Origin: Nemertoderma westbladi
Taxonomy: Eukaryota > Animalia > Xenacoelomorpha
Direction: 5' to 3'
Length of the DNA: 64,000 nucleotides
NCBI GenBank assembly: GCA_032718475.1
Contig: JAUCBJ010003878.1
Location: forward strand, 1 to 64,000
Positions 12,801-25,831 of the stretch are shown here, in pieces. Position numbers and translations under genes: made by a program. The notes under the pieces are model-generated. The model was not told the DNA's origin, did no database searches, and saw only the letters and a list, made by a program, of their open reading frames with translations. Positions within the stretch are counted from its first letter, which is position 1; every line of letters starts with the position of its first letter.

Positions 12801-15800
12801 AAGTTTATGTGTGTGAGGAGTCCAGCAACAAGTTTATGTGTGTGAGGGGGTCCAGCAACAAGTTTATGTGTGTGAGGAGGTCCAGCAACAAGTTTATGTG
12901 TGTGAGGGGGTCCAGCAACAAGTTTCTGTGTGTGAGGGGGTCCAGCAACAAGTTTATGTGTGTGAGGGGTCCAGCAACAAGTTTCTGTGTGTGAGGGGGT
13001 CCAGCAACAAGTTTATGTGTGTGAGGGGGTCCAGCAACAAGTTTATGTGTGTGAGGAGTCCAGCAACAAGTTTATGTGTGTGAGGGGGTCCAGCAACAAG
13101 TTTATGTGTGTGAGGGGGTCCAGCAACAAGTTTATGTGTGTGAGGGGGTCCAGCAACAAGTTTCTGTGTGTGAGGAGTCCAGCAACAAGTTTCTGTGTGT
13201 GAGGGGGTCCAGCAACAAGTTTATGTGTGTGAGGGGTCCAGCAACAAGTTTATGTGTGTGAGGGGGTCCAGCAACAAGTTTCTGTGTGTGAGGGGGTCCA
13301 GCAACAAGTTTATGTGTGTGAGGGGGTCCAGCAACAAGTTTATGTGTGTGAGGAGTCCAGCAACAAGTTTCTGTGTGTGAGGGGGTCCAGCAACAAGTTT
13401 CTGTGTGTGAGGGGGTCCAGCAACAAGTTTATGTGTGTGAGGGGGTCCAGCAACAAGTTTATGTGTGTGAGGGGTCCAGCAACAAGTTTATGTGTGTGAG
13501 GGGTCCAGCAACAAGTTTATGTGTGTGAGGGGGTCCAGCAACAAGTTTATGTGTGTGAAGGGGTCCAGCAACAAGTTTATGTGTGTGAGGGGGCCTGCAA
13601 CAAGTTTTTGTGTGTGAGGGGGTCCAGCAACAAGTTTATGTGTGTGAGGGGGTCCAGCAACAAGTTTATGTGTGTGAGGGGGTCCAGCAACAAGTTTATG
13701 TGTGTGAGGGGGTCCAGCAACAAGTTTATGTGTGTGAGGGGGTCCAGCAACAAGTTTCTGTGTGTGAGGGGGTCCAGCAACAAGTTTATGTGTGTGAGGG
13801 GGTCCAGCAACAAGTTTCTGTGTGTGAGGGGGTCCAGCAACAAGTTTATGTGTGTGAGGGAGTCCAGCAACAAGTTTATGTGTGTGAGGAGTCCAGCAAC
13901 AAGTTTATGTGTGTGACGGAGTCCAGCAACAAGTTTATGTGTGTGAGGGAGTCCAGCAACAAGTTTCTGTGTGTGAGGGAGTCCAGCAACAAGTTTCTGT
14001 GTGTGAGGGGTCCAGCAACAAGTTTATGTGTGTGAGGGGTCCAGCAACAAGTTTATGTGTGTGAGGGAGTCCAGCAACAAGTTTATGTGTGTGAGGAGTC
14101 CAGCAACAAGTTTATGTGTGTGAGGAGTCCAGCAACAAGTTTATGTGTGTGAGGAGTCCAGCAACAAGTTTATGTGTGTGAGGAGTCCAGCAACAAGTTT
14201 ATGTGTGTGAGGAGTCCAGCAACAAGTTTATGTGTGTGAGGAGTCCAGCAACAAGTTTATGTGTGTGAGGGAGTCCAGCAACAAGTTTATGTGTGTGAGG
14301 AGTCCAGCAACAAGTTTATGTGTGTGAGGAGTCCAGCAACAAGTTTATGTGTGTGAGGAGTCCAGCAACAAGTTTATGTGTGTGAGGAGTCCAGCAACAA
14401 GTTTATGTGTGTGAGGAGTCCAGCAACAAGTTTATGTGTGTGAGGAGTCCAGCAACAAGTTTATGTGTGTGAGGAGTCCAGCAACAAGTTTATGTGTGTG
14501 AGGAGTCCAGCAACAAGTTTATGTGTGTGAGGAGTCCAGCAACAAGTTTATGTGTGTGAGGAGTCCAGCAACAAGTTTATGTGTGTGAGGAGTCCAGCAA
14601 CAAGTTTATGTGTGTGAGGAGTCCAGCAACAAGTTTATGTGTGTGAGGAGTCCAGCAACAAGTTTATGTGTGTGAGGAGTCCAGCAACAAGTTTATGTGT
14701 GTGAGGAGTCCAGCAACAAGTTTATGTGTGTGAGGAGTCCAGCAACAAGTTTATGTGTGTGAGGAGTCCAGCAACAAGTTTATGTGTGTGAGGAGTCCAG
14801 CAACAAGTTTATGTGTGTGAGGAGTCCAGCAACAAGTTTATGTGTGTGAGGAGTCCAGCAACAAGTTTATGTGTGTGAGGAGTCCAGCAACAAGTTTATG
14901 TGTGTGAGGAGTCCAGCAACAAGTTTATGTGTGTGAGGAGTCCAGCAACAAGTTTATGTGTGTGAGGAGTCCAGCAACAAGTTTATGTGTGTGAGGAGTC
15001 CAGCAACAAGTTTATGTGTGTGAGGAGTCCAGCAACAAGTTTATGTGTGTGAGGAGTCCAGCAACAAGTTTATGTGTGTGAGGAGTCCAGCAACAAGTTT
15101 ATGTGTGTGAGGAGTCCAGCAACAAGTTTATGTGTGTGAGGAGTCCAGCAACAAGTTTATGTGTGTGAGGAGTCCAGCAACAAGTTTATGTGTGTGAGGA
15201 GTCCAGCAACAAGTTTATGTGTGTGAGGAGTCCAGCAACAAGTTTATGTGTGTGAGGAGTCCAGCAACAAGTTTATGTGTGTGAGGAGTCCAGCAACAAG
15301 TTTATGTGTGTGAGGAGTCCAGCAACAAGTTTATGTGTGTGAGGAGTCCAGCAACAAGTTTATGTGTGTGAGGAGTCCAGCAACAAGTTTATGTGTGTGA
15401 GGAGTCCAGCAACAAGTTTATGTGTGTGAGGAGTCCAGCAACAAGTTTATGTGTGTGAGGAGTCCAGCAACAAGTTTATGTGTGTGAGGAGTCCAGCAAC
15501 AAGTTTATGTGTGTGAGGAGTCCAGCAACAAGTTTATGTGTGTGAGGAGTCCAGCAACAAGTTTATGTGTGTGAGGAGTCCAGCAACAAGTTTATGTGTG
15601 TGAGGAGTCCAGCAACAAGTTTATGTGTGTGAGGAGTCCAGCAACAAGTTTATGTGTGTGAGGAGTCCAGCAACAAGTTTATGTGTGTGAGGAGTCCAGC
15701 AACAAGTTTATGTGTGTGAGGAGTCCAGCAACAAGTTTATGTGTGTGAGGAGTCCAGCAACAAGTTTATGTGTGTGAGGAGTCCAGCAACAAGTTTATGT

Positions 15801-16533
15801 GTGTGAGGAGTCCAGCAACAAGTTTATGTGTGTGAGGAGTCCAGCAACAAGTTTATGTGTGTGAGGAGTCCAGCAACAAGTTTATGTGTGTGAGGAGTCC
15901 AGCAACAAGTTTATGTGTGTGAGGAGTCCAGCAACAAGTTTATGTGTGTGAGGAGTCCAGCAACAAGTTTATGTGTGTGAGGAGTCCAGCAACAAGTTTA
16001 TGTGTGTGAGGAGTCCAGCAACAAGTTTATGTGTGTGAGGAGTCCAGCAACAAGTTTATGTGTGTGAGGAGTCCAGCAACAAGTTTATGTGTGTGAGGAG
16101 TCCAGCAACAAGTTTATGTGTGTGAGGAGTCCAGCAACAAGTTTATGTGTGTGAGGAGTCCAGCAACAAGTTTATGTGTGTGAGGAGTCCAGCAACAAGT
16201 TTATGTGTGTGAGGAGTCCAGCAACAAGTTTATGTGTGTGAGGAGTCCAGCAACAAGTTTATGTGTGTGAGGAGTCCAGCAACAAGTTTATGTGTGTGAG
16301 GAGTCCAGCAACAAGTTTATGTGTGTGAGGAGTCCAGCAACAAGTTTATGTGTGTGAGGAGTCCAGCAACAAGTTTATGTGTGTGAGGAGTCCAGCAACA
16401 AGTTTATGTGTGTGAGGAGTCCAGCAACAAGTTTCTGTGTGTGAGGAGTCCAGCAACAAGTTTCTGTGTGTGAGGGAGTCCAGCAACAAGTTTATGTGTG
16501 TGAGGAGTCCAGCAACAAGTTTATGTGTGTGTG
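3837..16533. repeat. About 12.7-kb intronic minisatellite; 30-bp unit GTCCAGCAACAAGTTT(A/C)TGTGTGTGAGGGG grading into a 29-bp unit ending GAGGA
   Basis: Directly visible array of more than 400 units filling the 13-kb G alpha intron 3661-16723, with higher-order duplications. Confidence 0.98.
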
Positions 16534-16723
16534 GTGGAATATTATATTATTCCGGCCGGAATATTCTGGCATTTGCAATACCGATTCCGCTAAATCCCTA
16601 GTAGATAGTCCTCCCAATATTACTATCGATAGTAGATAGTCCTCCTAGCTCCTAATATAACTATCGATAGTCTTCCCTTTTCTTTCCCCATATAACTTAT
16701 CCCTTTTTCTTTTCCCCCAATAG

Positions 16724-16953
16724 AACTACTCCCCTAGCCGCCAGGACATCCTGATGGCTCGCAAAGCCACCAAAGGCGTCATCGAGTACATGATTACTGT
16801 GAACGACGTTCGGTTTAAATTCGTCGACGTCGGGGGGCAGCGATCCCAAAGACAGAAATGGTTCCAGTGCTTCGAGGGCGTCACCTCAATCCTCTTCATG
16901 GTCTCGACATCGGAATTCGATCAGGTTATGATGGAGGATCGTGTTACAAACAG
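16724..16953 (+). CDS. GNA12/13: G alpha 12/13 exon (switch I and II)
   Basis: Pyrimidine tract plus TAG acceptor; [18 protein letters not shown]...[18 protein letters not shown]...MEDRVTNR; GTTAGT donor at 16954 (phase 2). Confidence 0.95.
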
Positions 16954-17294
16954 GTTAGTCGATTTGGACGAGAAGCAAATTATATGGACGGGCGTCTCTC
17001 CATTGGGAGTAAGTGTAAGCCTTGTATATTCGATTAAACCCCCTTTGCTGTAGATTGTTTCTGCTACACCTATTCAGTGGAAATTTATCTAATAGGCCGC
17101 ATTAACTTTATTTTGAAACATTGCAATAATGTTACAAAAATAAAGAGAGAGGTTGCGAAGGTGAAATTGGGTTATCACAAATAGCCTCATAAATATTGAG
17201 AGGCCGCCTCTTTTAATGCACGACCCCATTTTGTTTAGATTAGGCGAATCACCTAATTTGAAAATAAATATATTTATTTTTAATTTATTTCCAG

Positions 17295-17646
17295 ATTACG
17301 GGAGTCCTGCAGTATATTCGAGATTATTATAAACAACAGATTTTTCACCAACGTCTCTATTATTTTGTTCCTCAATAAAACGGATCTTCTGGAGGAGAAG
17401 ATTAAACGAGTATCGATTGGCGATTACTTCCCCGAGTTCGAGGGGGACTCGACGAACTTAGAGGAAGTTCAGCGGTTCATATTCCAGCTGTTCGATAACT
17501 GTCGCAGACCCAGCCAGCGAGCCCTGTCAAAGACATTGTTCCACCACTTTACCACGGCCGTGGACACGGAAAAGATTCGTTTTGTGTTCCGCGCCGTCAA
17601 GGATACCATTCTGGAAGAGAATTTAAAGCAGCTGATGCTGCAATGA
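17295..17646 (+). CDS. GNA12/13: G alpha 12/13 terminal coding exon
   Basis: TTTCCAG acceptor; LRESCSIFE...[12 protein letters not shown]...[10 protein letters not shown]...[11 protein letters not shown]; the NLKQLMLQ C-terminus is characteristic of the G12/13 class. Confidence 0.95.
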
Positions 17647-20155
17647 GGTCAGCTCTTGCGAATTAGTCATACTTTTTGCCGTGCTACATTTTTTATATAG
17701 TATTCGCTAAAATTATGTGTACCGATAAACGAGTATTATTGGTTTAGAGTCCATCCATAAATGACGTCATTGGTTTAGGGTCCATCCATAAATGACGTCC
17801 CGCGAGAAATGTGTGGGGGGGGGGGGGGGGGGGGGTCCACAATGGCACGTCAAATTATTTAACTCGTAAACTTGAAATATTTTTTGTTTTTGTTTGTATC
17901 CTGACTTGCCGTTGCATTCCATGCTGATAGTGAGTAAGTCATTTTATATTGTATCATCTCATCACATTGATAAAGTAAAGTAAATGTAATCGGTGTACGT
18001 ACGTGAAACACAACACCGGAGGCAACCATAATGCCCTTCTCTCTTGGCTGTTACCTATAAGGCAGGGAGGGCGTCGGCGTCACTTCAATTCCCAGGGGTG
18101 AACTGAACACTCCACTCCGTAAGTATCAAAACGTTTTATTTACTTGACCAGCAGTAACCAGGTTCATATCGATGTATTTGTGCACCATTTTCAAAATGAT
18201 AGCTTACTGCTCCCGACGTCATCTATGGTTGGCCCTAACGTTTGTTTCCATTGTAATTGTGCTTGTTGAACTCCTATTAGCACCCTCGCCATTTGCCTAC
18301 ACCCCCAACCCCACCAACAACGGTTTTATCTGAATTCCTTTATCATAGTTTTAATATTTAAGTAATGTACGTTTTATTTTGTTAAAAATGATCATGGGTT
18401 TGAGATTATTTTGTTGATTTATTTCCGTCTTGGGTGTTTTATTTTTAGCCTAATATAGGTAGGTAAAGATAGTGAAGGGCCAATTCTGCAGGAGATGTAA
18501 TTAATTCAGTATACAATCGATGGTGTTGTATCATTGGGACCTAAAGTTATAAAAACTACGTTTTTAGGAAGCTAAATAAATTATTGAAAGTCGAATTTTG
18601 ACTTCGAATTAGGCCATTATGTAATTTGAAATATCTCAGCATTCAGGTATTCTGGTTCACGTGGTGTTGGCAGGATCTACTCCGTATGTTATGACACTGC
18701 CGGTGGATCCTGTCGGTGGTTCTACCTAATGGATCAATAATCGCACATTGGCTCCATATAAAATCATCAACTATTTTAGAATTAATTTAAAAACTTGTTT
18801 TAATTTGTTTTTTTTTTGTGATATATAAAATTGTTATTTACATACTTATGTGCCCTTTACAGAATGATGATCCGAGTGGTTTGTTACACGAACGAACGTA
18901 GCGAGTAGGTGAAAATAAAAACACGAGGGCCAGAACATAGTAAATTTGTAGTTTTATTACGAATTTGTGACATTACGAAATTACTGCTGTTTTTTTTGGG
19001 GAATTTCTCGAATTTTTGATTTGACATCACAGAAATATTTAAACTAAACTTTGGGTGGTAACCAAGATGAGACGGTATTGCACTTTCCGATTCAGTTTAA
19101 TAATAAAGCCAGTCGCTGTTCTATAATGATTATACTACAGAATGTACCAACGGCTTCAACTAATGTTACAATTTTGAAGTAAAAATTACATATTTTGTTA
19201 CATGTGAGGCTAGAAAGGTATATATATTGGGGTTTTTCACTTCGTTGAATTCGATTACGTTTATTCGTACCCCCTAAGTGACTAAGGTTTTTATTTCAAT
19301 GTAAACAAACTGAGGTTATTATTTGTAGTAGAAAAATAAACAAACTAACAAAATAAACTTAATAATTGGAATGCGTAAAGTGGACATTTTAGCTGCTTAT
19401 TTTTGTAATGAATTTAATGATTCTACCCTTTTTTTATTGGTATAAATTTAGTCAACTTTTAATTTAAATGCGCTGGAATAATAATAAAGGTGGACTTTCC
19501 TATAAAGTACTGGGACATAGTTAATCCGGGTTGCATGCGTACACTGTATTTATTGGTTGTAACACTAATAGTTATGGTAAGTTGGGTGTCTCATTCAATG
19601 TTTAAATTGCGTTGCTTCAATTATTAATATTGTATTTTATGATTTACAATTTTTTAAACAAGTAATCATTTATCTTAGTCAACCTATTGTGACATTATGG
19701 AGACGAACTTTTAGCTTCAACTATCGTTGTTATGTATTTTCTATGAGGATATGTTTTATTATATAGGTTGAATACTTTATATATTTATATTATATTCGTA
19801 ATTTACGCACAATTTATGTATGAAACTAATTTTATGAATAAGCCTCTCTAGTTGTGTAATAATGTTATTTTATTTTCTATTACGTGATTGGTTACTTGTA
19901 ATATTCCAAAAGACTTACATTATTTGTGGGAGTTTAACTAACAATTTACTTCGCGAAATATTTTTTAGTTATAAAATGTAGGATTGATAATAGCAAATAA
20001 ATTATTATTGTGGGGTCAAGTGACAGTGTATTAAATATAATAGGATGATGATAAAGCTATCCAAAGCAAATAATATCAACCGACCCCGTTGGGGCTCGAA
20101 CCTCGAACCCGGTTCTCTACGCTGTTTCAGTTCGATGTTATTATATGTCGTTGTA

Positions 20156-20171
20156 CAGCGCCATCTAGTGG
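20156..20171 (-). promoter_or_regulatory. CTCF-consensus core motif
   Basis: Minus strand CCACTAGATGGCGCTG matches the canonical CTCF core; lies between the G alpha and BLOC1S2 coding regions. Confidence 0.5.
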
Positions 20172-21895
20172 ATAACTACTATATTGTAGTCAGATTATTT
20201 TAGATAAATCAGAAACCAACAAAAATGTATTAATTACATTAATTAATTGTTGATTGCTTGATTCATAACTAAAATTAGTTTGTTTCTCTATATGACCTGC
20301 TTGGCTCGACTGCCTCCTTTTTGATTGATTCTATTAAAAAGTTTGTTCATTTTTGAGACACACAACGATTTTTTATATGGCCATATATTTTACACGGGAA
20401 AGATGTACCAACAAACTATATCATTATCTATTAAATATATTATTTATGAATGCATATAATTAGCTGCACGATTCATATTAATTGTTACTAGCCTGAAATT
20501 GGAATGTGTCCGTTTACGGGTTAGTATTATATGACATCACATTTATTACTCTAAAAATATTATTTATTTATATATATTTATTGATAATGTTTGCTGCGCC
20601 ATATTATTTACCTCAAATAATATTGATATTGATATATAATGATATATTGATATACTATCATAATGTTTTAGCTTTAATTACTGCAGAAAGATAATATAAT
20701 TTGCAATTCAACATTATATTCAACCCTTGGCTGTGCAGAAATCCACTCCAACCTGGATTGGGATATTAACTACCAAATCTTTTAATTCCGAGTTATGTAC
20801 TGAGTAATTTTATTTTAAGTGTATTTTGTGAACAAATTCCTGTTTGAATTGTTTGTCTTAAAGTTTATTAAATCCACTATTACTATAACTAATTATTGTG
20901 CCAAATATGAGGGATTATCGTTAACCCATTGGTTTTATGTACTTTTTTTGATGATTAATAAATTACCATGGTATTTCCAGTCACAGTAATTACTATTATG
21001 CATAATATATAATTATAATAACTGTTGTTAAAGCTTTACTTCATTCTATTTTATGGTTTATTTTATGTACCTTAAATTGTTACCTTATACAACTACTTCG
21101 TTATATGCATTATTATAATATAGCCTATAATACAATAATATTCTACTTACACGTCTAAAAAACAATTTTATTTTGTAATATAGTTTATATATAATTCTGA
21201 CTGTCAATATTATGGAACTAGAAACGTGAAGGAACCGCCTGGGTCAACCAAGGTCAACAAAAACTAAACTCATTACCGTCTCTTCGCAGGCTCTGGACAG
21301 GTTTCGTTTAAGTCTAGTTTAGATTTATTACAGTACAGTTCCATGGTCTTAGCCAATATGAGAACTCACATACCTATAGAGCCCTGCCCAAACTATAGAC
21401 CGTGACCCACATATGGGGTGTAGAGACCATTGTATGATGTTCCTATCGAATATGGGCATATTATGTTTCGTTTATGTCTAGTCGAGATTTAGTGAGTGTA
21501 TGAATGGTTCTTCGCTTAAAGATGAAGGATGTTCTCCTATCGTATCGAGTACCAAGTTTTAGTGTGGTCCCCCAGAACTACAATCTATTTAACGATGCGA
21601 GATGCGCCCTCACTAGTCACTGGAAAGCATTATTTGTGCCGAAAATAAATCTGCCTTGTCCCCATGCCATTTAACCACTACGCCAAGCAAGGTAGAAGCT
21701 TAAACCGTACAAAATTATTTAAAGTGTTCTTGTAAATAGTTCTACATTATGGTTGCTTTGGAAACAATCATCTGTGAAACATTTTTTATTAGTATGAATA
21801 AATTGTTGTAGTTGAGCTGTTAATACAACTTAGCTGTTCAATAGAAGTGGAACAAAAAGTAAGGCGAGTGTCAGGGGAGAGTGGCTGAACCTATT

Positions 21896-21941
21896 AGCGC
21901 TACTGAAGAGGCCTGATAGGCCGAAACGAACGTATAGCGCT
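21896..21941 (+). ncRNA. Minimal type I hammerhead ribozyme (Penelope/retrozyme-like)
   Basis: AGCGCTA-CTGAAGA-GGCCT gat AGGCC-GAAAC-gaac-GTA-TAGCGCT: 7-bp stem I, CUGANGA core, 5-bp stem II, GAAA, 2-bp stem III, GUA cleavage triplet (cut after 21934). Confidence 0.85.
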
Positions 21942-23774
21942 GGTTCAACCCCCAGTCACACGATTTCTCATTTCTGAACAACTTATTACATTATTCATTA
22001 AAGTTTCATTAACAACTCAGTATTAGTAAGGCTTAGTAACAACAGCTTAGTATGGGCCGAGACACGAAGTAAGGTGAGCATTAGGCTTGGCTTGGTGGTT
22101 CCAATTTATCAAACTGTCGTTCGATTCGAATATTTGAACGTTAATAACTCAGCCAATCCTTGATGAAATGTAACCAGGTTCAACCAGTTCGAGTCTACAG
22201 TGGCAAGAGGGTGAAATGTCTGATAAAAGTTAAAACTTTCTCCCATTTACTTCAGTTTAATCCGCACAAGCTGAATGACAAGCAGATTGACCTTAAACCG
22301 AATAGCTGTTCCTTCGTCATATCGCTGCTCTGAATATTTGACACTATTAATTAATTCTACGGAATTAAATTAAATTTGGTTCCCATGAGTCTGTCAAAAT
22401 ATTATAAATCTTACAAAAAAAATTGGAAGGTGTTTGGGGGGGGGGGGGGTCGCGCATAATGTGAAGACTAATAGGCTTACGCAGCATAAAAATACAGCTG
22501 CAATGCAGCATGTCGATCCTAGTAGTACAGTAGTGTGCGCAAAGTAGCCAAGAACTTGTAATACCCACGTTGGCAGCGGTTTAATTAACTTTGTGTCTAT
22601 TTATAAGATTTTATTTTAATCAAATTAGTGCAATGAAAATAACCCTTTTATTATTTTAAAATAACCAAATTAAGAAAGTCATATAAATGTAACATTTAAA
22701 TATTTTATTCAAATCGAACTTTTTTCTTTGGTCTCGAATTAACCGGTATTCACAATAGTCGCTATCTTCCGGGGCGTCATCTTCTTCGTCCCACTGGGAA
22801 CTAAACAGAATATAATCGTCCCAATCGTCGTGAAGAAGTTGAAGAAGTACCCACATCGGAATGAACAATACTGGTTTTTATTTAACATGACGTTATAGTT
22901 CGGCAACGATCATAATTATAAACCTCTTGTATCAACTGAATCCCGAGAAAGTGGGTATCAGTTTAAATTGATAGCCGCGATGGTTTCAAAACTCGACAAC
23001 AATATAGTTAATACATTCACTATAATTCAAATAGACATTAAATATATAGTTAATAGTAAATATTAATAACTGGCCAACTAATGTATAGTACATAGATGTA
23101 CCAATTAACCACTCAAATGCTGTACATGATAATGAGGGACGGTAATTAGGTGAGACGCATTGTTATTGGATTCATATAGACGACAAAAATTACGTTGATT
23201 TTCCCCTGTAGAGGATTACATTTTTCTTGCTCGAAAGTCCCCCCATCTGCAGCATTAATGAATGTTAACTTACAACACAATTTAAACCTCCCACCAAGCC
23301 TCTTCGCTTTTATTGGAAAATTTAATTATCCTACTATAAGCTACAAGGTGCAGTAATGGTTGGTTGATGATTTTTCTATGAGATTTAACTAACTGTTGCT
23401 TAAAAGCAACAAGTACAACAAACTGACAAAGGGTTAACAATTAACGGAAAGGAGCAGGTTATACTGTACAGTAGTTGCGGGCATTTTCTAACCAAATTAA
23501 TATACGAAAATAAAAACAGATGCTGCAGTATAAATGTTGTTACGTGATTTTCAATAAAATTAAAAGTCCCAAAAATAGGTAATCGCCCTTTCTGCTTTCA
23601 GCCCTAGGCCAGGACCTAACTGCTACCGTATTAACATTACCACCTAATGCAGTACACAGTACTGTAGCTGCGGCAGTGCGGTGTAGCCTATTTGTGTAGA
23701 GCAGTGCAGAAGGCTAGCTGGCTCGGCATACTACCGGTACGGGACCCTAACTGCTGAACTGCAGTTGCAGAGTT

Positions 23775-24015
23775 ATGGGCGATCAGGAGGATACACAACA
23801 ACTAACATCAATACCAGTCGAAGATGAGGTTTCTAATTCCTCCACTCGGGAGCGGGAGGTCGATACAATGCCGGTAACGCAACCACCGGTTCGGGATCGC
23901 CGTTGTGGATCTGTTGACGTGGGTGTGGAAGCGAACGCGGGACAGCCCGACCTCAGAGATCGCACCAAGGACATGTTCGCTAAAATTCACACATATATCC
24001 AAGGAGAACTAGAAG
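23775..24015 (+). CDS. BLOC1S2: BLOC-1 subunit 2 (BLOS2), coding exon 1
   Basis: ATG 23775; ends ...TKDMFAKIHTYIQGELE(G), similar to BLOC1S2 DMFSKMATYLTGEL; GTAGG donor at 24016 (phase 1). Confidence 0.88.
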
Positions 24016-24248
24016 GTAGGCTATGACGAGACTAAAACTCCTAAAAAGGCTGCAGGCGGTAGGTACCTAAATAAAGGTATAAAGCAGTGCATGCATTGGC
24101 TGTATTGTCTAAATCCTGTGATCTGGTGATGGGATGGCAGGGATGACTAAGATATTTTTTGAATTTCTTTACATTATTTCTAGAGTGTTGACTGTTGAGC
24201 CTCACAATTTGCCATTGAGTTTTATCATTAGGCGTAAGTACAGAAGTA

Positions 24249-25451
24249 CCGTAATTCGGGGTGACTTGATACATTGAGGTGACTTGATACATTGAGGTGA
24301 CTTGATACAGCAAGTTATACTTTTTTTCTTTAACGGATTGTGGGTGATTGCGTGATGTTATAATAAAAATTGAAATATTAGAAGATGTCTGAATAAATTG
24401 TCTATCAAATAGTAAAATAAATTTTGTCATTGCTTCGCATTTGTGATCACTAGAACCAAAAATGCATTTTTCAAAAATTCACTTTTTTTTAATGTCAAAA
24501 TATAGGTCGAATTTTTGACACTTTGGGTTAATGTTGTTCAAAAATTATTTTTACAGATGCTAATACATGAGTTTCAATATTATGATCCTAAAAAAAATTT
24601 CCAAATTTTCATATGAATTGGGGGTGGAGTGCCCGTTTTTTGAAAGTGTATCTTAAAATGGGGTGACTTGATACATATATACGGTATATTGTAGGCGAAA
24701 ATGTTCTGATACCTGTGACTTAAACGTTGATTTGGCAAAATTTGTGCTTAAATTCATTGATTTAGTTTGCAGTTTTTTCTAAAATGTTTTGTCTTATTTA
24801 CTGGTGACAGGATGTCACAATGCAATGAAAGTCTTTTTCGTTTTTAAACTTCAATTTAACTTGTTAAATATTGTTATATGTTAAATTTTCTAAAATATTT
24901 TATCTTTACTTAAACCTTAAATTTGCAAAATTTGTGCTTAAATTCATTGTTTTAGTTTCCAGTTTTTTCTAAAATGTATTGTCTTACTTACTGGTGTCAG
25001 GATGTCACTATGCAATGAAGGTCTTTTTCGTTTTTAAAGTGCAATTTAACTTGTTAAATATGAAATATTTTGCCATAAAAAATGGAGTTATTTTTAATTT
25101 TAGCCATAATTTTATATCCCCGTTAGGTGGGGACTTCGTTCTTTTTTTAAAATTTCCAAGATGTATCAAGTCACCCCCACAGCCTACAACATGATCCAAA
25201 CTCATTCACAGAGTGGTATTATTGCGGAAAATTTGCTTGTGTATCAAGTCACCCCGTTGTGTGGGGTGACTTGATACAGCTGGTTTTTAAGAAAAAACAC
25301 CACTAGACTAAGCACCTGAAATAGTGCTTTAGTCTAGTGGCGTAGTACTCATCCCGACTATAAAATTTTCTTTTTATTCCATCTGTGTAGGATAAAAACT
25401 TCAGAAGATATTCACAGTTAAAGGCAAAAACTGTATCAAGTCCCCCTACGG
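24249..25451. mobile_element. Tc1/mariner-pogo-type MITE (possibly composite) in BLOC1S2 intron 1
   Basis: TA-CCGTAattcGGGGTGACTTGATACA ... TGTATCAAGTCCCCCTACGG-TA termini; internal GTGACTTGATACA motifs in both orientations; internal direct duplication (about 24735 vs 24925). Confidence 0.75.
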
Positions 25452-25831
25452 TACTACACCTTTCTGCCTTTTATCCAATATCTCGAAATCTAATTTATCT
25501 CTTATTATGATATAAATGTGTCACCAGGTTAGCCTATAGAGGGGAAGAGCAAGAGGTAAGGTGAAAGGAACCAAAACGGTAAGCGAGAGTTAGGAATATT
25601 ATTATAGAAAGCCCAATTTACCCAATACAACAGTTAAGTTTTTATCAAATAATGAAATTAATTGATATTTTGTAAAATGTCTTGTTCGATATGCCAAAAA
25701 GGTAACAGGGTGGTTACCACATCCAAAATTACACCCTAAGCGACAGATTGCACTCGCACGGCTTTATCTGGTCTAATCCTTCTGGTTATCGATTCAATAA
25801 TTTTACTGACAACTTTATTTCATTTCTCCAG

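Noticed and set aside
3852-14035. Long repetitive ORFs (e.g. 1324 aa LLLDPLTHIN, CEGVQQQVYV)
   Set aside because: Translations of a 30-bp unit that is stop-free in several frames; the array lies inside a G alpha intron and frames shift at every 29-bp unit.
3837-16533. CRISPR-like appearance of 28-31 bp repeats (also 35982-38870, 40442-41080, 44981-46037)
   Set aside because: Units are head-to-tail with no unique spacers, there are no cas genes, and the context is eukaryotic.
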